From: the human T2T-CHM13v2.0 reference genome, Homo sapiens
Assembly: GCF_009914755.1 (NCBI RefSeq)
Contig: NC_060927.1
Strand: one strand, 5' to 3'
Length of the DNA: 64,000 nucleotides
The notes beneath the pieces are model-generated. The model saw nothing but the letters and a program-made list of their open reading frames with translations. It was not told where the DNA came from and searched no databases. Both the position numbers and the translations under genes were made by a program. Positions 51,119-64,000 of the stretch are shown piece by piece (positions within the stretch are counted from its first letter, which is position 1; the number at the start of each line of letters is the position of its first letter).

Positions 51119-53158
51119 GTAAGGACTCCAGCTCCCTTGGGGCAACTGGAGCTTATAAACAGAGAGTATAAAAATCAGAACTGTAGTTTTTTTAATTTAA
51201 GCTTCTCAAGGGTAGAGAATGTCTTACCTTTTTGCCCGTATAGTACTTTGTATATACTAGATATTTAATAACCCTTGGTTAAGTGAAAGAATGAGTAAAT
51301 AAAATTTTAAAACAAATAGTCTACATAGTTGCTTGGAAATACTTATTTAATGGTCTGTACCTCTTAGCTAAATCAGCCCATTTTAATGGAAATACAGGCA
51401 AGAGGGAATAAGAAGTAGATGAACAGCATGTTCCAAAGTGGGTAGGATATGATTTGGAAAAAAAAAAATGTTTTTAAGTTCTGTGGTCAGATAGGCTTGG
51501 GAAATGTTGATGTCTGAACTGCCAGAGTCCTTGTCTTTCCATAAGATATATTAACATTTTAAAGACTCTAAGAAACCCTGCAGTAAATAACTCTGTTTAA
51601 CCTCGGGTTTTATATACACAACAGTCACCATCTTGTGGGACTCATTTGTGGAACACTCTTTGAAAAACATTGACAAGGTTAGCCCGAGTTTTTCATTTCA
51701 GTATTTGAATCCTCTCATCTTATATAATAAAATATAAACAAATTAGTTGAATGGACTTATTAGGATGCCTTTAAGCCAGTATTCTGTTCACTTGACCAAT
51801 CTACTGTGGATCAGACAGCAAGCTGGGTGTCTGAGATCCTTTAAAGCATCCAATGTGGTTGGGCCATGGGTTGCATCATGATCATCCTACCCTGGAGGCC
51901 TGTGTCAGAAGCTCTTGGGCACAGAGCAGAGAGAACCTTCATCTTCCCCAGGGTTGCAGGAAGGGACAGGGTAGCAGGGATGTCTTCCAAGGTGAGACCT
52001 GTCATGGATAGCCAATGGGAGGTGTTTGCTCATCATAGGGAGACAACAAGGAGTGAGGCTGCAATAAGAAAGTGTTCACTGTAATCGAGAACAGCAATGA
52101 TCCTCTCATGGGCTAGAGCACAGCGTGTGGATGGGAGACGGAGCAGGGTGGGTGGCATGTGGTGTGGGGTGAAGCTGAAGGGTGGTTGAGGACCAAGAGG
52201 TGAAGAACCACATGAAGGGCTGGGCACAGTGGCTCACGCCTGTAATCCTAACACTTTGGGAGGCCAAGGCAGGAAGGTAACTTGAGCCTAGGAGTTTGAG
52301 ACCAGCCTAGGCAACATAAGAGAGACCCTGTCTCTTTTAAAAAAAAAAAAAAAAAAAGGAGAGAGAGAAAAAAACATTAGCCAGGCATGGTGGCATAAGC
52401 CTCTAGTCCCAGCTACTGAGAAGGCTGAGGCAGGAAGATTGCTTGATTCTGGGAGGTCAGAACTGCATTGAGCTATGATAGCACCACTGCATTCCAGCCT
52501 GGGTGACAGAGTGAGACCCTGTCTCAAAAATAAAAAAAAATTAAAAACCACATGAAGGAACCTGGATTCTCTTAGAGGAGACAGTGAGGAGCCACTGGAC
52601 GGACATGGTGCAGGTACAGGAGGAGCAATCCCTCTGGCTGGGTGGGGTCGGATGGGACTGGTAGGAAAGCCAGGCTGCCTGTAAAGAGGCTGTTGCAGTG
52701 GTCCAGATGAGAGGTCAGGGGTAGGGCACTGGTAGTGGGGATGGGAGCAAGCACTGACTAGGAAGCAAACCAGCCAGGACTTGGGGGACCACAGGAATGT
52801 TGATGGTGAGGGAGAAGCAGCCAGAATAGCACTGAGCTTTATAAGTACAGCAGCTAGAGGGCTGGTGGTCTGCTTAACAAGGCAGGGAGTGCAGGGAGGA
52901 GCAGAACTGTAGGAGAAAGAGGTCTTGTATGAGACAATGATTTTGAGCAGCCATGGAGATGAGCAGAGAAGATGGGCTGTGGGTTTGCAGCTTGGGTGAG
53001 AGGCGGCAGCCAGGGAGAACTGTCAGAGAGGTGGTGGGAGAGGTGATAAGAGATGGAGAGATGGCCAGCACAGTTCACCTAAACCCTGCTAGGCTGTCTT
53101 GAGGGAACAAGAACCCTGAATCTCATGCTTCCCCTCCTATTTTGACTCTTTCCTGAAG

Positions 53159-53270
53159 ATGGACAGTGGTGACCTCGATGAGCTCGAATCGCAGTGCTGC
53201 TGGGGTTACAGTCTTTGAGGGCAGGATATATGTGTCAGGCGGCCATGATGGTTTGCAGATCTTCAGCAGT
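53159..53270 (+). CDS. KLHL18: KLHL18 coding exon 9 (Kelch 4: [37 protein letters not shown])
   Basis: ctttcctgaag| acceptor; AGT|gtgagt donor; 112 nt. Confidence 0.96.
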
Positions 53271-53994
53271 GTGAGTCTGGGCTCCCCCTGGGATAAGGGT
53301 ACCTACTTCTGTCTTTGAGATTTATTTTAGAAGATCATTATTTGAAAAAACTTCAGCCTTGCCACAGCTGAATAAAGTATCATCTAGTGAGGTTTCAGGC
53401 TATCCACTGCACCTTCTGAAATTCTGAACTTCCAGAGAATGAGCCAGTGTACACAAAAGAAGGGCAAAGGGTAGTCACATCTGCAGCCACCACCCTGTTC
53501 TACTGTCTGTTGAACACTACATAGAACTTGTGAGATTCCTGCCCAAAGTAAGTTCAGTTATAGACCAAGTGTAAATTTGCAAACAGTTGTATTCTTTTGG
53601 ATAATTTGTTTGAAATTGTATTTATTCTGTAAAAAAGTCTCAACAGCCATTTACTAGTCATTCCATAGTCAGTCAGTGCTGCAGTGGAGAGCCCTGGAGA
53701 TTACAGGAGACCCAGCTCTCATACAGGTTCTGTCACTACCTAGCATTGCATCCTTGGGCACATCCTTTTTGTTTCCTTAGATGCAAACAGAAAGGGTTAG
53801 GTGAGGTGACCTCTCCCTGTCCCCATACACCAAAGAGCAGGCCTGCAGCAGAGGGAATACTGGGAGAGCTCCTTTTCCCCATACCTCCCACAGGAGTTTG
53901 ACATCATGGGGGGCTGCTGTGCCCTGCACGGTCACTCCATGGACTGAGCTTTGCCTCTGACTGTCCTGTACCTGTGCCTCTCTCCCCACTGCAG

Positions 53995-54381
53995 GTGGAA
54001 CACTACAACCACCACACAGCCACCTGGCACCCTGCAGCTGGCATGCTCAACAAGCGCTGCCGGCACGGAGCCGCCTCCCTGGGGAGCAAGATGTTTGTCT
54101 GCGGGGGCTACGATGGCTCTGGCTTCCTCAGCATTGCCGAGATGTACAGCTCTGTGGCAGACCAGTGGTGCCTGATTGTCCCCATGCACACGCGCAGGAG
54201 CCGGGTCTCCCTGGTGGCCAGCTGTGGGCGCCTCTACGCTGTTGGGGGCTACGACGGACAGTCAAACCTAAGCTCAGTGGAGATGTATGACCCAGAGACA
54301 GACTGCTGGACATTCATGGCCCCCATGGCGTGCCATGAGGGAGGGGTCGGTGTGGGCTGCATCCCTCTCCTCACCATCTAA
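53995..54381 (+). CDS. KLHL18: KLHL18 last coding exon 10 (Kelch 4-6, ends ...[12 protein letters not shown])
   Basis: ctgcag| acceptor; 387 nt to TAA at 54379-54381; MFVCGGYDG and LYAVGGYDG Kelch motifs. Confidence 0.97.
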
Positions 54382-57257
54382 GGCAGAGGATGGGATGTGG
54401 TGGGGCAGGGATCTGGTACAGACATAGGCGCTTCCTTCCAGGAACAGTCCCTCAGGAGAGGCAGTGGACCAGAAGAGATGGCGAAACGTGAGCTCGCCGG
54501 AGGTACAGTTTTTCCAGGTGCTTAAGCCCTCCCCAACTGTGCCACCCTTGTGACCTTCAGGCTTGGGTCATCAAGATGCACAGCATGGAACACAAGCTCC
54601 TCTGGATCCTGCAGCTGGTGACATGGAACTGTTTTCTGGTCCACATGAACACAGGCTCCATCCAGGCCCAGCTCCTACCCACCGCCTCTCTGTGGGCCAG
54701 CTGTTCACAGAAGGCCTTCCATCTGATGCTCCCCATCGCCTGCTTGCTCTCCAGCCGAGTCTGGCCAATTTGCCATGGGGAGGCTGCAGTGTCCAAGCCT
54801 GCTGGAAACTGGGATGTAGCTGGGGACGAAAGGACAGACCCAAGCGTTCTCCCTGCCTGAGATGGTGTGGCCACAGCAGTGGAAGGCTGCACACAGGCAC
54901 ATTCCTTCTTCCACAGTGGGGCACCAAGGATTCTGTCCTCATTGCTGGGTAAGCAGGGAGAAGAGAAGTTTTCCCCATGTCTAATTTTGGGATTTCAGTG
55001 AGGCCTTTTCCATCTGTCCAGGAGAACAGAAGGGAAAAAAAGATACTTGAAAGAAACTGAAGGAAATTTAAACAAAGAAACACTTGAAAGAAACTGGAAA
55101 GAAAAATAATTTTTTTATGTGAACAAATTTTGCAAGAAGAAAAAAGCATAAAAGACACTAACGGCAAATCTATGTTTAAATGGAAAATCGTCTAACTGGA
55201 GAAGGGCGGTATCCACCCCACATTCGGATCCCAGGGTCCTGAGGCCTCGCATTGAGCTGGGGGTTCCCTCTGAGCCCCAGTGTGTGTGGAATCAGTGCAC
55301 TCTTGACTGGGCCTGTAGTAAGGTGCTCATGGGGTTTGTCTTCTCACCCACCATCAGAGGACTTTTAAAATCATAGGCGTAGAGAGTTAGCTATCTGCTG
55401 AATTACTGCCACTCTTCTTGGTGGGGGCTCCTAGCTGTGGCTGGGGGCTCCAGGCGCCCCTGTGATTACCTCCTACTGCCACCATGGCGCTCATTCAGAT
55501 TCCCCACTCTCACTAACATTGCTTCCTTTTTTGACCAGCAGGAAACAGCAGGTCTGGCCAGATTCTCACTTGCCCATCAATCTCGTTCTTGGATGATTTC
55601 CCTCATTGTGATGCTTCTGGGGCACGTTGACCATATGCACCTCTAGAACCTAACCAGGGCTTCCTTCTACCAGCTGTGGGCGGGCTTGGTCTGGTAACCT
55701 TGTCTGCTCTGCCATTCCACTGCTCCTCCATCCACTCGCCAATCCCAAGAGTCTGGCCTCCCTCCAGCCCTGGGCAGACTGACCAGCAAGGTGGACCTTT
55801 ACATTCAAGCACAGCTGGCTTTTATGACATAAAGAACTAAAGGCCGAAAGAATCTCTTGCTGCTGCAAAGAACAGATTTTATATTTCTTCCTCTAATCTT
55901 GGCAAATGACCTTTACCTTTTGGAAAGATTTCATATTGCTTCCTCCTCCCTGGATAGGACCTAATGTAGCACAGCGGGACTCAAAGAGGAGGACATTTTC
56001 TCTTGCCAGTGCACTGGGCAGTGGGGCTGTCCTTCAACTGCTGCTGCCAAAATTGGTTTTCTAAAATTCTTCCAGTAGAGACTAAAAGAAGATTCAATTC
56101 CTGTAACCCAAGACTGAGTCTTAGGGCTCCAGTCTCCACCTGCTTGGTTTCCTATCCTTTGCTGCCTGCCTGGGGTGGCCTGGAAGCCTGTTCAGAAAGG
56201 CACAATGTGGAGCCTGGGGTGTCTCCCCCACCCCAGGACCGTCAGGTTTACCAGTGTGTGCAATCGCCATGTATTCAGAGGGAAGTACCTTTGTTACCTA
56301 CAACTTAGGAGCTAGGCCTCTGCTACAAGCACTTGAAAATGATATTTTTATTTTTAACGTCTCAACAATCTGATATCGGATGTCGTTTAACCTGGGCTCG
56401 TGGTAGGGCTCCAGCATTTCTCCCTCCTTCCTGGTTTGCCTGTAGGGGTAGACTCGGAAGGTGGGTGGGGTGTGCATTTCCTGTTAGGAGTGTATCAGTG
56501 CTTGTCTTATTATAAGCCCCTTTCTTTTGTGAATTTGAAGTAGCACCAACAAGCCTGGATTGTGAAGGTATTAAGAATCGGTCTGTGGGCTACTGAGTGG
56601 GTCCTTAGGATACTGGCCCAGATTTTGCCACTGGGTATGGCAGATCATTTTCTACCATGGCCTGCTGCTCTTGTAGTGGACTTCCTGAGTCCAATCCCAC
56701 CTCCTGGTGTAGAATTTACACTGCTGCACCTGAGGTCGATGTTTCAAAGTAAGATCAAGCCAGTGTTTTGATCTGGGCTCTGAGCACAAGTCAGGAAACA
56801 CCAACATATTCACACTCTCCCAGTAGGTTCCTCAGTCCGATGGTGAATGGCTATTCGTAAATGGCTGGTCTGGCTCTTTGGTGTTGGAGCCTTTCCAATA
56901 GCCCCATGAAAAGAAGCATCACCCAAGGATATTGTAAAAAGGATGTAACAAGGAGATAGGGTAGACATTGTACTCAGTGGGCCTTGGGGCCTAGCCCAGC
57001 TCTGAGCAGAGGACTGTGGCATTCACTGTCCTTGAGTGTTTCACCTTCTTGGATAACACACGGGCCTTCTCTTCTGGATTTCATCAGAGATTACAGCCAG
57101 ATGGGGGCTGAAGACCATCCTCTTGACCACAGAGGTGTGACTGTGGGAATTCCTCCCAATTTATGGTTTCCCAGAAAATCTTAGTTCCTTTTATTTATAG
57201 AATGCATGTCTTTTGTGTTAAGAAACCAAAGAGAAATAAAGAGAACACTCCTAATAG
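54382..57257 (+). other. KLHL18: KLHL18 3' UTR (about 2.9 kb, no recognisable Alu/L1)
   Basis: Runs from the stop codon to the predicted cleavage site about 15-20 nt past AATAAA; the end position is approximate. Confidence 0.8.
57235..57240 (+). terminator. KLHL18: Polyadenylation signal AATAAA with downstream U/GU-rich element
   Basis: gagaAATAAAgagaacactcctaatagctcttgtcctttcttggtttatt; U-rich upstream sequence. Confidence 0.8.
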
Positions 57258-59264
57258 CTCTTGTCCTTTCTTGGTTTATTTCTCAGATATTAGAAGTACA
57301 TGTTTGTTTTTTAATTGTGATTCACTGAAAAAAATATATTGGACAAAATGGGAATATTTCTGTGAATATAAGGGAAAAGCCAGATGTACAGCAAAAGTAG
57401 TCTTTGGAGAGATTTATTTTATGAGAGTCACTTCTGGTGAAAAATATGCAAAGACTTCATTTGCACTTTGGGACTGCATATTGGTGCCTGTCCTGATCGC
57501 CCCTACTCTCGGATTTCCCCTTTTCTCCATTCACTGCCCTAAAACTCCAGAGTTTCCCAGTGGAATGTGGCTGCCTGTTGACTGCCTGGAATCAGCATCT
57601 CCAGCTCCTTTTTTATGCTCTAGGCGAGAGGTGCTTTAACTTTGGTGCACATAAAAGTCACTGGAAAATGTTTAAACCACAGATCCGTTCCTAAGTCCCT
57701 CTCTAGAGACAGGTTCCCTAGGGCTGGGGTGCAGCTCAGCATTCTGGCGTGAGCAAGTTTCCTTGGTGATTTGCATGCTCTTCAGTGTGAGAACTATACT
57801 CCCATCTTCAGTTTCACTTCCCCAAATACAGCCGCATTCCAGATCTGCTCTTCCAAGATTACACTGTGGTTAGTGTGGTTTTGCCTGTTGGGAAACTCTT
57901 CAGTCACACTTTTCCAAAAGTCAGCTTGTGATCAATCTTGTCCATTGGACTCCTGGATGGCAACTTAATTTTTTTAAGTTTTTGGAAGGCATATCACTCC
58001 CACACACACCCCACCAGGACATGTCTTACATATAAACACTCTTATCAGTTGAATCTCACATGGTCCTCAGTAATCCCCACGGAGCAGGTAACATTTTAGC
58101 ATAAGGAAACTGCCTCAGAATGGCCAAGTAATTGACCTGACTCCAGCTAACCAGTGGCATTGTGAGAAATTGAGACCAGATCTCCACACTCACAGTCCAG
58201 TCTGCCTAAGGACAGCAGTGTCTTCCACCTGTGAAGGGAGCAGCATTCCTCCCAACAGTCATAGACTTTGGAAAAGCAGACTGGGCAGCAAGGGGAAGAG
58301 TGAAGAAGCAGGTGCCTTCATGCTGAAAGAGATAGCCAGACTATCTGGGAACTCTGCCCTCTGGGAGAAAGGCCTGTTGCTTGTAAAGTAGTAGCAGCCC
58401 TTTCCATGTAATCTATGCCCCCTTGACCAGAGCCAAAGAGCCCCATAGGTGAAGAGTGGACTGCTAAGTCAAACTGGATTCATCTGCTTGACTTTCCATT
58501 TCTTTTTTCTTTCTTTCTTTGTTTTTGTTATTTGGACTCCTTTCCCCCTCATGACCAACAGCAGAGCCCACTCCATTTCACCCCAAAGTCCAGCACTGCT
58601 GCTTTTTATTGCTACTCACAATAACCTAACAGTACACAACATTGCTTACTGCAGCCTTGAACTCCTGGGCTCAAGCGATCCTCCCACCTCAGCCTCCTGA
58701 GTTGCTGAGACAGCAGGTATGCACCATCATGCCTGGCTATTTTTTTTATTTTTTGTAGAGAATCGGTCTCACTATGTTGCCTAGGCTGGTCTTGAATGCC
58801 TAGCTTCAAGCAATCCTCCCGCCTTGGCCTCCCTAAGTGTTGAGATTACAGGTGTGAGCCACCACGCCCAGCTTAGTTCTGCAGTTCATAAAACCTAAAC
58901 TTCATAGCATGACATAGAATGTCACTGAGATACTGACACTTCCTCTCAGCTGCCCAGCAGCGGTCTTCAGGATCTCAGTTTAGATGTTACCTTCATGAAA
59001 ACATCTCTGGTCAGCGTGGCACTCCTCCTCCATCTGCTGTGCTGGCCCTTGGCCATATTCTACCATGCAGTGACCTGTTTACCTGTTTTACCTGCTACGT
59101 GGTGAGCTCTGTGAGACTCTCCATTACTGTAGACACAACAATGGACATGAAGAAGAGGCTGAACAATAGCTTCTTGAAGAATTTAGGGACAATCAGGTAT
59201 ATCCACATTCAAATGTCACCTAATCATGCTTCCCTTGTCTTCCTCCTTTTTACGTCACTGATTT

Positions 59265-62220
<2,956 letters not shown>

Positions 62221-62886
62221 ATCTGGGGTCCCCCTTAGGGTGGGCACCTGCTTCTCTTAGGGAGTGGGACCCTTGTGGTTAGGGAGATTCTTGCCCCACC
62301 AGCAGGGATTGAGATCACCAGAGTGAGCATGGTGTGTGTCCTTACAAGCTCCTCACTTTTCCTCTCTCCCTTGCCTTAGGGTGCTCACCTCTCCTTGTCT
62401 CAGAGACCATCCCTGTTCTCCACTCATACTGCCCACCACCACCTTTTTCTAACTTCTGAATATAAGAGGCCTTAGAGCTCAGCCCTGGGTTCTGATTTCA
62501 CTCCATGCATTCTCCCTAGCTGGTACCACCTTATCCCACATGTGAGGAAGGTGTCTGGAATCTTATTTTTTGGACTGGCCCAGATTCATGCGTTCACTTG
62601 GATATGTCCAATATGATCATAGTTCAAAGTGGAAATTTTGATTTTATCCTCAAACCTGGTCATCCCCCAGTTTCCCCCAATCTTCTCACCTACCCAGTTG
62701 CTCATTTAGGAACCCAGCAGTGGGTTTTGGAGGTGGGAGAAGTTGAGGGTCATTCATTTCCTTCTTCCTCCTCTCCAATAACCAAGTCATGACCTAGTTC
62801 TGTTGACGCTACTTCCAATCCAGTTCTCTCCTCTCTTGCCATACTAGTCCACACCATCAGCATATCTTTTAGAAGCTGGATTATGG

Positions 62887-63826
<940 letters not shown>

Positions 63827-64000
63827 TAGGTATGGGGACAAAGCAGTAAACAAAACTGATAAAATTCCCTGCATCTTAGAGCTTAAACTAGAACAAGACC
63901 TGTCTTTCCGTCGTATTCAGATCTAATTTTGTGTGTTTTAATACGATTGGGCTCTAATTTGGTTGAACTTAATCTGCAAGAATCTAGAGGAAGCCTAAAC

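Noticed and set aside
54557-55167. ORFs up to 198 aa overlapping the 3' UTR, on both strands
   Set aside because: No recognisable domain or splice structure; expected by chance in GC-rich UTR

Overview
Primate, almost certainly human, genomic DNA. The window holds most of the KLHL18 gene on the + strand: the distal part of a very long first intron (1-30082), coding exons 2-10 (30083-54381) and a repeat-free 3' UTR of about 2.9 kb ending after an AATAAA at 57235. KLHL18 is a BTB-BACK-6xKelch CUL3 substrate adaptor. The nine exons splice in frame with GT-AG boundaries (1596 nt, 531 aa plus stop). Exon 1 is upstream of the window. The rest is dense interspersed repeat: over 45 Alus, old L1/L2/MIR, MLT1/MLT2 LTRs, Tigger2, MER3/5/58. 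Almost all entries in the ORF track are repeat-derived noise. I found no new gene system. The best observations are (1) an antisense full-length SVA carrying a 3' transduction of about 546 bp, bounded by a 12-bp TSD; (2) a tailless BC200 (BCYRN1) retrocopy with a TSD; (3) tandem acceptors at exon 7 that would add ANFYA to Kelch blade 1; (4) a roughly 400-bp minisatellite of palindromic units inside an Alu linker; (5) several unusual compound Alu/Tigger structures and a candidate poison exon. Repeat family names come from recall of consensus sequences, and repeat boundaries are approximate.
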